64,000 bases of DNA, taken from positions 608,001 through 672,000 of the forward strand of contig CAVPLT010000007.1 in assembly GCA_963706325.1 (NCBI GenBank). Direction: 5' to 3'. Positions 28,889-38,720 of the stretch are shown piece after piece. Position 1 is the first letter of the stretch, and each line of letters begins with the position of its first letter. Under the pieces are notes generated by a model. That model was given only the letters and a program-made list of their open reading frames with translations. It did no database searches and had not been told where the DNA came from. Made by a program: the position numbers and the translations under genes. This DNA comes from an uncultured Nitrospiraceae bacterium (GTDB lineage: Bacteria; Nitrospirota; Nitrospiria; Nitrospirales; Nitrospiraceae).

Positions 28889-30808
28889 ATGGGCTCTGTA
28901 ACCCGCACGAAGTTGATGTCGGTCATGGCGCTGTGCGCGATGATTGGCCTTCTCCTTCTGCCCGTTCTGGTTGCGATCCCTGCCCTTGCCAGCGACAGCG
29001 GCGCGCCAGCGGCTGGCGTGAAAAAAGAGGGTGGTGATGCAAAAGTTGAGAAGGGCAAGGATGTTTATTATAAGACGGAAGGGATTGTTTCTGGCCCTCC
29101 GGCTCCTAAGACGACCGATAGCGAAAAGGACTATCCTCGTTACAACTTCGAGAGCCGCGTTCTTCTTTGGATTGCCAATCAGCAGCATCTTTACTATGGC
29201 AGCTTCGTGTTGGCCGTCCCCATTTTCTGTATGATCATCGAGTTCATGGGTGTTGTGAGCAAGGATAAAGCGTTAGCCAAGCGATACGACCAGCTGGCCT
29301 ATGATTTTATTAAGATCAGTTTGACGGCGTATTCCTTGACGGCAATTCTGGGCGGAATTCTGATCTTTACCTTTCTGACTCTCTATCCCGCCTTCTTCCA
29401 ATATCTGTCCGGTATCTTTAGGCCGGTCATGCACATCTATGCATTGATGTTCGTGGCAGAGAGCGGAACTCTCTACATTTATTATTATGGTTGGGACAAG
29501 ATGAAGGAGGGATTCCTGAAGTGGATTCACCTCAGCATGTCCGTAGTCCTGAACGTTATCGGAACGGTCTTAATGTTCCTGGCGAACTCGTGGATCGGCT
29601 TCATGATGTCGCCGGCAGGAGTCGATGAGCAGGGACGGTTTCTCGGCAATATCTGGCACGTGATCCATACTGCCCTGTGGAACCCTCTGAACTTGCACCG
29701 TATTCTCGGCAACATGGCGTTTGGTGGTGGCGTCGTCGCGGCTTATTCCGCCTACCGGTTCCTGTCGGCTAAAACCGATGAGGAGCGCGCTCATTATGAC
29801 TGGATGGGCTACATCGCCATGGCCCTCGGGGTGTCGTTCTTGATCCCATTGCCATTCGCTGGCTATTGGTTGATGCGCGAGGTCTACGCCTATCGGCAGC
29901 AGATGGGTATCACCTTGATGGGCGGGTTGCTAGCCTGGTTGTTTATTATTCAGGCAACCATGATCGGCATTCTATTTCTCAGCACCAACTACTATCTTTG
30001 GCAGGCGCTCGGCCGGATGCGCGGTGCGGAAAAGTATCAACGGTACATTAAGTATCTTGTTTTCCTGCAGACTTGCGGTTTCTTAGTCTTTATTACCCCG
30101 CATACGATGGTGATGTCTCCGGCTGAATTGAAGGCCATGGGTGGTCAGCAGCACCCGGTGCTTGGTAACTATGGTGTTATGTCGGCCAAGAACGGCGGCA
30201 TCAACGTGGTAATCACGACAACCATATTGAGCTTCGTGTGGTATATGCGAGGCAATAAGATCTCCACGGTGTCGTGGTCAAAGTTCGGCAATATTTTCAT
30301 GGGCTGCTTTTTCTTCTTTGCCTATCTCAATATTATCTTGCTGGCCATTTACGGGTACTACATTCCTGCCAACGTACGCGTAGGGCTTTCTGTGCCACAG
30401 GTGGCGACCACGTTATCTTGCCTGTTCTTCATGTTTGCGCTCAACAGCGTCATGATGAAGGGTGCGAAGCAAATGGGTCCTATTGAATGGGGTAAAATTT
30501 CCGTTCGATCGCAGTATGCACTCATCATGTTGGCAACAGCCTTTACATGGATGATGGGGCTGATGGGATATATCCGGTCGTCTGTCCGCCTGTTTTGGCA
30601 CGTTAATGAGATTATGCGCGACAACTCTCCGTGGGCTTACACGCACACGGTCGGTTTTGCTGCGAACATGATCTCTTTCAACGTGTTGTTCTTCTGGACC
30701 ACCATCATGTTTGTATTTTGGTTAGGTGCCCTCGCGGCCAAGAAGGCTCCAGTCGAGGCAAAGGCAGCTGTGCCTGGAAGAGCGACCGCCCCTGCGGTCG
30801 GCCACTAG
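28889..30808 (+). CDS. Cytochrome bd-like oxidase subunit I (CydA-like), paralog 2
   Basis: AAGGAGG RBS; QQHLYYGSFVLAVP, FVAESG, WNPLNLHR, MGYIRSSVRLFW. Confidence 0.85.
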   Translation: MGSVTRTKLMSVMALCAMIGLLLLPVLVAIPALASDSGAPAAGVKKEGGDAKVEKGKDVYYKTEGIVSGPPAPKTTDSEKDYPRYNFESRVLLWIANQQHLYYGSFVLAVPIFCMIIEFMGVVSKDKALAKRYDQLAYDFIKISLTAYSLTAILGGILIFTFLTLYPAFFQYLSGIFRPVMHIYALMFVAESGTLYIYYYGWDKMKEGFLKWIHLSMSVVLNVIGTVLMFLANSWIGFMMSPAGVDEQGRFLGNIWHVIHTALWNPLNLHRILGNMAFGGGVVAAYSAYRFLSAKTDEERAHYDWMGYIAMALGVSFLIPLPFAGYWLMREVYAYRQQMGITLMGGLLAWLFIIQATMIGILFLSTNYYLWQALGRMRGAEKYQRYIKYLVFLQTCGFLVFITPHTMVMSPAELKAMGGQQHPVLGNYGVMSAKNGGINVVITTTILSFVWYMRGNKISTVSWSKFGNIFMGCFFFFAYLNIILLAIYGYYIPANVRVGLSVPQVATTLSCLFFMFALNSVMMKGAKQMGPIEWGKISVRSQYALIMLATAFTWMMGLMGYIRSSVRLFWHVNEIMRDNSPWAYTHTVGFAANMISFNVLFFWTTIMFVFWLGALAAKKAPVEAKAAVPGRATAPAVGH

Positions 30809-30896
30809 GCAAACGCACAAGAAACGAATCAATGAGGGAAGGCGCCTGGGCTGCTCCTGCAGTCAGGGCCTTCCCCTCCTGCAGGAGGTTTGAGCT

Positions 30897-32210
30897 GTGA
30901 TTGAACTCATTAAAGCGGGCATGGCAATGGGATGGCCTGCATTGGGGCTTCTGGTTGCCCTCTTGTTCTATTTTAAATTTTCCATTTCCGATCCTGCTGC
31001 GAACAAACGAGCAGTCTTCAAGACGTTCATCGGGATTTTGGCCACCTTTCTCCTCTTTATGGCGATTGCCAATTACAAGATGAATTTCTTTGAAGAGTCG
31101 CGGCTTTTGCCCGTTTCTCTCGTTTTGATCACTTGTACGGCATTCATGATGGCGCTCTATTTTACGAATCTCAGCTCCTTGCTGAGGATCGGTGGTTTCA
31201 TGTTTTTCATCGGCGCGGCCCTTTCTGGTTATGGCAATTGGCTGCCGCAGGTCGAGGGAGGGTTTCCGCCCGTTGAAGAGAAGAAAGACTTCAGCAACAT
31301 GCCGCAAACTGAGCTTGCTGACGAAGGTGAGAAAATCATTTTCGGCGGAGTTGGACAAAATAAAGTTCAGGGTGCCATTGGTAAGGGGCAGTGTCCTCTG
31401 TGTCATGCCTTCCACAAAGGGATGTTGGGAGAGCGCGCACCAAACCTGGATGGGCTGCCGGAGCGGGCTGGAACCCAAATCGGAGATGCCAGGTACCATA
31501 AAGGTAATCCTGCCGCTCGGGATTCCAACCAAAAGGAAGCGTTTCCTGGTTCCGGCACCGCTGAAAATGCTCAGGAGTACATTGCGGAATCTCATTCATG
31601 CCCAAGCTGCTTCGTTGTTGCAGGATATGGTGTCAAAGGCACAAACGACAAGGAAAGCCCCATGCCGGCGATCCATAAGCCGCCAATTTCATTGTCCCTG
31701 CCAGAGCTGGCTGCCGTCGACACCTGGCTGTATGTGCGTGAAGGGCGTGAGGCTCCAAGTTTCGATGAAATTGTCAAATCGTATGAAAAATTCATCCCTG
31801 AATCGGATCGCCCAAAGCCTCCTACGGAGGGCGATGCAAAGCCTGGAGCCAGTGCTTTGATGGCCGATGGGACGGAGCCAGTTGATCAGATTTTTGCGAA
31901 AGGCCAGTGTGTAGCTTGCCACACCATTCCTGGTATCGCCGGTGCCACAGGGACTATTGGTCCGAAGTTGGTTGAGGGGACTAACGCACCGCTTAGGATT
32001 AAGGACAAGGAATACAAGGGCAAGGCTAAGAGCGTTTCTGACTACATTATGGAATCCATTGTCGAGCCTAGTGCCTACGTCGTGAAGGGTTTTCCTGACA
32101 ACACTATGCCGAAGGTGTTCGGCCAAAAGCTCAGTGCTGGAGCATTGAAGAAAATTGTTGATTACCTTTCGCAGGTCCAGGAAGGGAAAGAGCCACCCAA
32201 GGCCTCTTAG
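30897..32210 (+). CDS. Membrane-bound diheme cytochrome c
   Basis: Four N-terminal TM helices; CPLCH and CVACH. Confidence 0.85.
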   Translation: MIELIKAGMAMGWPALGLLVALLFYFKFSISDPAANKRAVFKTFIGILATFLLFMAIANYKMNFFEESRLLPVSLVLITCTAFMMALYFTNLSSLLRIGGFMFFIGAALSGYGNWLPQVEGGFPPVEEKKDFSNMPQTELADEGEKIIFGGVGQNKVQGAIGKGQCPLCHAFHKGMLGERAPNLDGLPERAGTQIGDARYHKGNPAARDSNQKEAFPGSGTAENAQEYIAESHSCPSCFVVAGYGVKGTNDKESPMPAIHKPPISLSLPELAAVDTWLYVREGREAPSFDEIVKSYEKFIPESDRPKPPTEGDAKPGASALMADGTEPVDQIFAKGQCVACHTIPGIAGATGTIGPKLVEGTNAPLRIKDKEYKGKAKSVSDYIMESIVEPSAYVVKGFPDNTMPKVFGQKLSAGALKKIVDYLSQVQEGKEPPKAS

Positions 32211-32262
32211 GTAAGGGAAATGGGTATCTCATTGCGGCTGCGGAACAAAGGGAGATGACGAA

Positions 32263-33300
32263 ATGAAAGCATTAATGTCAGTCGGGGCGTTGATCGGAGT
32301 CGTTGGGTTACTCATGTTGATCGGTATGATCTTCGGAGTCGTTCCCTCGAATACGGTCCGGCTTGTTGAGGGCTACATGCCCATGCAGGTATTGAGTGAG
32401 CTCGCCATTTTCGTGGCAGGTTTTACCGGTCTGAGCTATATGCTCAATGTAATGGGAATTGCCTTCCCTCGTTTCTGGCAGGGCATTTTGTTTTGGGTGT
32501 TTATCATGACTTACCTCAAGTTCCGTATCTACCCACCAATACCTTTCAGTGTTCGGGCGATGTATGGCACGGTGTCGTTTGTCGCGGTGTTTATGTGGGT
32601 ATCGGCGAATGAAGAGGATTGGAAGAAGTTCAAACAGCCTATATTGAATGTGCTCGATGCCCACACGGGATTCCACAAGGCGCTTCGCACAATGTATCTG
32701 ATACTCTTGCCGCTCCTCATCGGTGGCTTCTCGTTTTTGACGATGAAGCCCAGCGTCGATGAGCCGATTGAGCTTCGAACCGTGCATCCAGCACCGCCTG
32801 CCAGCACGAAGGTGCATGGCAAGACCTATACGTTGCAAACATCACAGAATCCCTACCGCGTGAATCCCGAAGGAAAGTATGATCAGGAATATAGCAATAA
32901 AATGATCGTGGAGCAGTCGATGGGACGATTGATGTCCCCCAATGCCAATCCGTGGGACGACAAGGCTGAAGGATATTTGAAATACGTTCGTGAGGGTGGT
33001 GAAATATTTTTCCAGAACTGTCATTTCTGTCATGGCGACAATCTTAACGGACGCGGTCTGCACGCCTTTGCCTTTAATCCCATTCCTGCAAACTTCACCG
33101 ATCCGGGAACGATTGCCCAGCTACAAGAGACATTCATTTTCTGGCGTGTAGCCAAGGGTGGAATCGGTTTGCCGACTGAAGGTTTCCCCTGGGCTTCTGT
33201 CATGCCACCATGGGAACAACATCTGACAACCGATGAAATCTGGAAAGTGATTCTTTTCGAATATTGGCACACGGGATACTATCCTCGGACATGGGATTAA
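32263..33300 (+). CDS. Membrane-bound monoheme cytochrome c
   Basis: About 5 TM helices; CHFCH; distal SVMPPW. Confidence 0.85.
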   Translation: MKALMSVGALIGVVGLLMLIGMIFGVVPSNTVRLVEGYMPMQVLSELAIFVAGFTGLSYMLNVMGIAFPRFWQGILFWVFIMTYLKFRIYPPIPFSVRAMYGTVSFVAVFMWVSANEEDWKKFKQPILNVLDAHTGFHKALRTMYLILLPLLIGGFSFLTMKPSVDEPIELRTVHPAPPASTKVHGKTYTLQTSQNPYRVNPEGKYDQEYSNKMIVEQSMGRLMSPNANPWDDKAEGYLKYVREGGEIFFQNCHFCHGDNLNGRGLHAFAFNPIPANFTDPGTIAQLQETFIFWRVAKGGIGLPTEGFPWASVMPPWEQHLTTDEIWKVILFEYWHTGYYPRTWD

Positions 33301-33344
33301 TCGAATCTTACAAACAACCTGGGAGAACAGGTGTGAGGCTAACA

Positions 33345-35123
33345 ATGAGCAAATTTGGGATGAACGGAAAGCCGACGTTGGTTATCGGTGCGGCATTAGG
33401 CGCCCTTCTCTTCTCCGCGGTCGGTGAGGGGGTCCTTGCGGCAGATCTTCCAGCGGGCTTCAAGGCGGGTGAGCTGTCGCCAGCACCTCCGGCAGACATG
33501 ATCGAAGCCGGGAAACGGGTCTATTTTACTAAATGCGTATGGTGCCATGGCGTCGATGGTGCTGGAGATGGGCCTGGAGCCGACCGCCTGTGGCCGCGTC
33601 CCAGGAACTTCAATCAGGGGACCTTCAAAATTCGTCATACGGCGAGCGGGGAATTGCCTCTGTTTAACTACAATGAACGATCCGCGGATTCTGGAAAGAA
33701 CGACCTTTTTGATACCGTGACACATGGCCTACCTGGTTCTGCAATGCCGCCGTGGGAAGGTATTCTAAGCGAAGAGCAACGTACTCAAGTGTTGTCTTTC
33801 GTGACGACGCAGTTGGTCAAGGACCGGAAGTTTACCGATAAGGAAGAATCACAGACCATTCTTCAATTGGGTACGATCAAGGCGGTTGAGGCGACCGAAG
33901 AGAGTCTGAAGAAGGGCGCAGCGCTAATTGTCGATAAGAAATGCATTGAGTGTCATGGTGTGGAAGGGCGCGGAGACGGGAATGCTTTCAACCTGAAGGA
34001 TGACTGGGGATTTTCCATCCAGCCAGCCAATTGGCACAAGTGCTGGAATTTTCGTGGTAGCCGCCAGGATCCCTATAATGTACGGAACATTTTCCGTACC
34101 TTTTCAACCGGGGTGAACGGTACGCCCATGCCGTCATTTGCGGACAATACGACTGTCGAGGAGCGATGGGACATTGCCAACTTCGTCAACTCGTTATGTG
34201 AGCGCGATGGCGACGGGAAACCGCTCGGTATCGATCCGCAATCAGACAAGCCCAAAATCAATTTCGTCGTTCCCTCTGCTCCGATTGAAGGGGAAATTTC
34301 AGATGACCCCGAGAATGAGATGTGGAAGAAGGCGAGCCGTCGCTACATAGCTATGGGCGGTCAGATCACCCACAAACCACGGAACTTTGTGAATCGTATC
34401 GACGATATTTGGGTGAAGTCACTGTATAACGAAAAGAATGTTGTCTATCTCATCCAGTGGGATGATCGAACGAAGAGCGTCGCGGAGGGGAAACTTCCAT
34501 GGGCGCCGACCCAAGTTAACGTGGAAAATTTCGGTGTGAAGGAACAAGCGCCGAAAACTGGCGAAGAGGGATCCATCGCGTCTGCCCAGAACAATTATGC
34601 GGTCTATAACGATGGGATTGGTTTCCAGTTCCCGATTAAGTGGCAGGAAATTCCCGCTCCTTTCAAGCCCCGGTATTTGTGGGGAGATGCGAAGTTCAAT
34701 GCCGATATTCTCAAGTGGGAATCGGACGGTTCTTTGAGGTCCTTTAAAGGGACTGGGTGGGACCAGGACTTTGAAGAGCGGGATGATTTCGAAGAGAAAG
34801 TTAAGGTGTTGAAGTCCGAGTGGAAGAATGGTCAGTGGACCGTCATGATCTCTCGTCCGCTCAAGGGTGACAAGGACGATTATGACGAGTACACCAGGTT
34901 CGATGTCGGAAAGTATATTCCAATGGTTTTCTTTGCCTGGGATGGGCATAACGGTGATGCGGGACGTAAGATGGCCGTATCGGCTTTCTATTACACGATT
35001 CTCCAGCCGCCGATTCCTCAGGAAGTGTACATTTACCCGGCCGTCATCGCGGTTGGCGTGGTGCTTCTGGAAGGCTGGATGCTGACCCGCCGTGCCAACA
35101 AGAAGAAGGGCAAAGTGCTCTAG
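33345..35123 (+). CDS. Diheme cytochrome c fused to an EbdC/NxrC-like domain, with C-terminal TM anchor
   Basis: CVWCH, CIECH; WDDRT, WKNGQWTVMISRPL, FFAWDG; C-terminal hydrophobic helix. Confidence 0.8.
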   Translation: MSKFGMNGKPTLVIGAALGALLFSAVGEGVLAADLPAGFKAGELSPAPPADMIEAGKRVYFTKCVWCHGVDGAGDGPGADRLWPRPRNFNQGTFKIRHTASGELPLFNYNERSADSGKNDLFDTVTHGLPGSAMPPWEGILSEEQRTQVLSFVTTQLVKDRKFTDKEESQTILQLGTIKAVEATEESLKKGAALIVDKKCIECHGVEGRGDGNAFNLKDDWGFSIQPANWHKCWNFRGSRQDPYNVRNIFRTFSTGVNGTPMPSFADNTTVEERWDIANFVNSLCERDGDGKPLGIDPQSDKPKINFVVPSAPIEGEISDDPENEMWKKASRRYIAMGGQITHKPRNFVNRIDDIWVKSLYNEKNVVYLIQWDDRTKSVAEGKLPWAPTQVNVENFGVKEQAPKTGEEGSIASAQNNYAVYNDGIGFQFPIKWQEIPAPFKPRYLWGDAKFNADILKWESDGSLRSFKGTGWDQDFEERDDFEEKVKVLKSEWKNGQWTVMISRPLKGDKDDYDEYTRFDVGKYIPMVFFAWDGHNGDAGRKMAVSAFYYTILQPPIPQEVYIYPAVIAVGVVLLEGWMLTRRANKKKGKVL

Positions 35124-35153
35124 GCGATAGACGAACCAAGTCTACGATTGTAG

Positions 35154-35189
35154 CGAGGGGGTGGGGGAACTCACCCCCTCGTTCTTTTT
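35154..35189 (+). terminator. Rho-independent terminator
   Basis: CGAGGGGGTG...CACCCCCTCG followed by TTCTTTTT. Confidence 0.75.
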
Positions 35190-35217
35190 GCACCAATTGA
35201 GCAGACAGCTAAGAACG

Positions 35218-35838
35218 ATGCCGAGCCACATTATTAGCAAGGTGTCAGGTGTTCTGATTGCCGGTGGACAGAGCCGGCGGATGGGTCACGACAAACGATT
35301 TATCACGGTGGGCGGAATCGGGATATTTCGGCGGACCCTGGATGTCTTGAAGAAGACATTTGCGGAGACGATTGTGGTGTTAGCGGAGCCTGTTGATTCG
35401 CTCGATGCGCAGGGAAGCAAGGTTGTGTATGACATCGTTCCAAATGCTGGCAGTCTGGGCGGCCTTTATACCGGTCTGATGACCTCCTCAGAGTCACGTG
35501 TATTCGCAGTGGCTTGCGACATGCCGTTTCTGGACGCTGAGGTGATTCATTACATGGCTTCATTTGATAGGACGGCCGATGTAGTCGTCGCAGAACTGGA
35601 GGGCAGGTTTCAGCCTATGCATGCGATGTATTCTCAACGATGCCTTCCTTATCTTCAGGCTATGGCGGATAAGCAGGATCTCAAGATACAACGCCTGTTT
35701 CTCGAGAAACAGCTGCGGGTTGCTGTGTTAAGCAAGTCTCACTTAACAGGGCTCGCCTCGGGGCATAGGTCGTTTCAGAATATCAATACGCCGGACGACT
35801 TGGCGCGGGCTGTGGCACCCCTCCATGACCAACCGTGA
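35218..35838 (+). CDS. mobA: Molybdenum cofactor guanylyltransferase
   Basis: IAGGQSRRMGHDK, GSLGGL, VACDMPF, NINTPDD. Confidence 0.9.
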   Translation: MPSHIISKVSGVLIAGGQSRRMGHDKRFITVGGIGIFRRTLDVLKKTFAETIVVLAEPVDSLDAQGSKVVYDIVPNAGSLGGLYTGLMTSSESRVFAVACDMPFLDAEVIHYMASFDRTADVVVAELEGRFQPMHAMYSQRCLPYLQAMADKQDLKIQRLFLEKQLRVAVLSKSHLTGLASGHRSFQNINTPDDLARAVAPLHDQP

Positions 35839-36869
35839 CAAGTCATGCTGCGCCGCATATTGAACGGCGTGGGGTACTTGTCGTTCACCCCGGCTCAATT
35901 GGTGACGTGCTGTTGTCTCGCCCTGCCTTGAGCCTGCTGCGGCATCAATTCCCACAGCATGAAATTGCGCTCTTAGCCGGTGCAGCTGTGGGGTTGCTCT
36001 TGCGTGATGCTGGGGAGATTGATCGCGTATTCCCGCTCGAATCGACATGTTTGGCAGAATTATTCGCCGGGAGCGATAGCGTTCATCTGTCGTTCAAGCG
36101 GTGGTCGACCACGTGTGATCTCGCGCTGGCTTGGCTGCAGGATAGAGACGGAGCGATCGCGGATACACTTAGGGACCTCGGCGTTCAACGCGTGTGTGTG
36201 CAATCCCCTTCCTCCCCTCACCTGCTGTCCGAACATCAAGCGGCTCGGTATATTGAAGTGCTGGAGGGCAAATTTGCCAGTGAGGTGAAGAGCAGCCCAC
36301 TAATGATCTCAGCATCAGCGCGAGAACATGGAAGGCAGATACTTCAAGCGCTGAACTGGAGCATGCAGCAATGTCTAGTGGTGATTCATCCCGGTAGTGG
36401 GAGCATCCACAAATGTATGGAAGCGTCATGCTTCGCGCCTGTGATCACGTGGTTAGACAGAGAAGGAGCGTTTCCCGTACTGCTGGAGGGGCCATCGGAT
36501 GGGGAATGTGTCGCTCGGGTGCTGGGGGCTCTCAGTGTATCTGTGCCGGTCATCCGCGGTCGCGAACTTTCTTCGTCCGCGGGAGTCCTCTCGCATGCGG
36601 ATATCTACCTTGGGCACGACTCCGGCATGACGCACCTTGCCGCGGCTCTATCCATACCGACCATTGCCTGCTTCGGTCCTACGAACCCGCGACGATGGGC
36701 TCCACTTGGGCACAGAGTCTCCATTCTGACCGGGGAGCTATGCCGTTGTCACGATTGGACAAGTGTGGAGTGTTGCCGAGAGAAGGTTTGCCTTGGCATT
36801 CACCCTGAGCGCGTCATTGAAGGTTGCCGAGAGCTATTGATGCGACGATCAGCGCAGCCCACACTCTAA
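35835..36869 (+). CDS. Glycosyltransferase family 9 (heptosyltransferase-like)
   Basis: SIGDVLL, IHPGSG, GHDSGMTHLAAA, FGPT. Confidence 0.85.
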   Translation: MTSHAAPHIERRGVLVVHPGSIGDVLLSRPALSLLRHQFPQHEIALLAGAAVGLLLRDAGEIDRVFPLESTCLAELFAGSDSVHLSFKRWSTTCDLALAWLQDRDGAIADTLRDLGVQRVCVQSPSSPHLLSEHQAARYIEVLEGKFASEVKSSPLMISASAREHGRQILQALNWSMQQCLVVIHPGSGSIHKCMEASCFAPVITWLDREGAFPVLLEGPSDGECVARVLGALSVSVPVIRGRELSSSAGVLSHADIYLGHDSGMTHLAAALSIPTIACFGPTNPRRWAPLGHRVSILTGELCRCHDWTSVECCREKVCLGIHPERVIEGCRELLMRRSAQPTL

Positions 36870-36952
36870 CCGCGATCTTGTCTCTCATGTGCTGGTGTGT
36901 TAGATTTCCAGTTTGATTTTCGCTGTTTCCACGCAGACTTAGAGAGGTTTCT

Positions 36953-38707
36953 GTGAGTCAAGGTGTCGTGCAGGATAAGGTCAGCGCGGCGTTGGTCGGG
37001 GCGCTCCGGCTGGCGCAACAACGAGGCCTTCTCAAGGTGGAGCAGATGCCGGTTGTGAACCTCGAAGCCCCAAAGCGACCTGAGTGGGGCGATGTCTCCT
37101 CCACTCTGGCCATGTCCATGTCGGCATCCGAACGACGGCCACCGTTCGAAATCGCCCAAATCATCATTGATCACATCGAACAACGAGATGCGCTATTCAA
37201 TCGCGTTGAAATTGTGCGACCTGGATTTCTCAATCTAACTGTCAAGCAGCAGTTGTGGATGGAAGTCTTGCATGAAATCGAGGCTCAAGGCGCAGCGTAT
37301 GGACATAGTCAGGTGGGGAAAGCGCGTCGAGTCTTGGTGGAGTATGTCAGCGCGAATCCGACTGGCCCGTTGCATGTGGGGCATGGACGTGGCGCAGCCG
37401 TAGGGCAGGCCCTGGTTCGTCTCTTAAAAGCCACCGGTCATGAGGTGGTCAGCGAATACTACATTAACGATGCCGGCAGACAGATGAAACTGTTGGGGGT
37501 GTCCGTTCTGGCGCGTTACCTGGAGTCCTGCGGAAGGCCAGTGCCGTTTCCCGAAGATGGGTATCACGGTGACTATATTCGCGCGGTCGCTGCCCGTGTG
37601 AAAGCGGAACAGGGCGAGGACTTACTTTCCTTGCCCACGGTTGAGGCGGAAGAACGGAGTAAGAACGTTGCCTACCAGGAGTTACTAACCCTCATCCGGC
37701 AGGATCTGGAAACCTTTGGAATTACCTTTGAGTCCTGGTTCAGTGAAGCCTCGTTGTTATCTTCGGGCACTGTGGTCCAAGTCTTGAGTGAGCTCAAGAC
37801 TCGCGACCTGTTGTTCGACCAGGATGGCGCGCAATGGTTTCGTTCGTCGGCGTTCGGGGATGAAAAGGATCGCGTCGTCCGCAAGCAGGAAGGGGACTAT
37901 ACCTATCTGGCCTCCGACATCGCCTACCATCGCGATAAATTGCGGCGCGGCTTTGATCTATTGGTTGATGTGTGGGGCGCCGATCACCACGGCTACATAC
38001 CACGGATGCAGGCCGTCGTCCAAGCCTATGGGTATCCCAAGGAGCGGCTGAGGGTCGTGCTGGTGCAAATGGTCAATCTCTTGCGCGGCGGTCAGAAGGT
38101 CGAGATGTCGAAGCGGGCTGGAGAGTTCATCACGCTTCGCGAGGTGATGGACGAGGTCGGGGCGGATGCCGCGAAGTTTTTCTTTCTCATGCGTGACGCC
38201 AACTCTCATCTGGACTTCGACTTGGAATTAGCCAAGCAGCAATCGCAAGAGAACCCTGTCTACTATGTGCAGTATGCGCACGCGCGGATTGCCAGTCTCC
38301 GGCGTGTGGCGGCCGCGCGCGGTATCGACTGTCCGCTCCCGAGTCAGGCAAACCTCGATCTGTTGCAAGACCCCGATGAACTCGCGCTCATTCGAAAATT
38401 GTCGGCCTTTCCGGTGGTGCTGCAAGCAAGTGCGCTGGAACTTGAGCCACACCGAATGGCCTACTACCTGCGTGAGTTGGCCGGCATGCTGCACCCATTT
38501 TATAATAAGCATCGGATTTTGCCTCCCGCGCCTGAGAGTGAAACGGCCCTTGTACCTTCAACCGATATAGCGCCTTCGACCAGCCGACACCTGGCGGTCG
38601 TAACGCCAGGCCTGACGGGCGCCCGGTTAGCATTAATGTGGGCAGTGCAGCAGGTGGTCCGAAACGGGCTGAATGTGCTGGGCGTCTCAGCTCCGGAGCA
38701 GATGTAG
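36953..38707 (+). CDS. argS: Arginine--tRNA ligase
   Basis: SANPTGPLHVGHGR, WGADHHGY, MSKRAG, YVQYAHAR. Confidence 0.97.
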   Translation: MSQGVVQDKVSAALVGALRLAQQRGLLKVEQMPVVNLEAPKRPEWGDVSSTLAMSMSASERRPPFEIAQIIIDHIEQRDALFNRVEIVRPGFLNLTVKQQLWMEVLHEIEAQGAAYGHSQVGKARRVLVEYVSANPTGPLHVGHGRGAAVGQALVRLLKATGHEVVSEYYINDAGRQMKLLGVSVLARYLESCGRPVPFPEDGYHGDYIRAVAARVKAEQGEDLLSLPTVEAEERSKNVAYQELLTLIRQDLETFGITFESWFSEASLLSSGTVVQVLSELKTRDLLFDQDGAQWFRSSAFGDEKDRVVRKQEGDYTYLASDIAYHRDKLRRGFDLLVDVWGADHHGYIPRMQAVVQAYGYPKERLRVVLVQMVNLLRGGQKVEMSKRAGEFITLREVMDEVGADAAKFFFLMRDANSHLDFDLELAKQQSQENPVYYVQYAHARIASLRRVAAARGIDCPLPSQANLDLLQDPDELALIRKLSAFPVVLQASALELEPHRMAYYLRELAGMLHPFYNKHRILPPAPESETALVPSTDIAPSTSRHLAVVTPGLTGARLALMWAVQQVVRNGLNVLGVSAPEQM

Positions 38708-38720
38708 GACCACCGATCGG

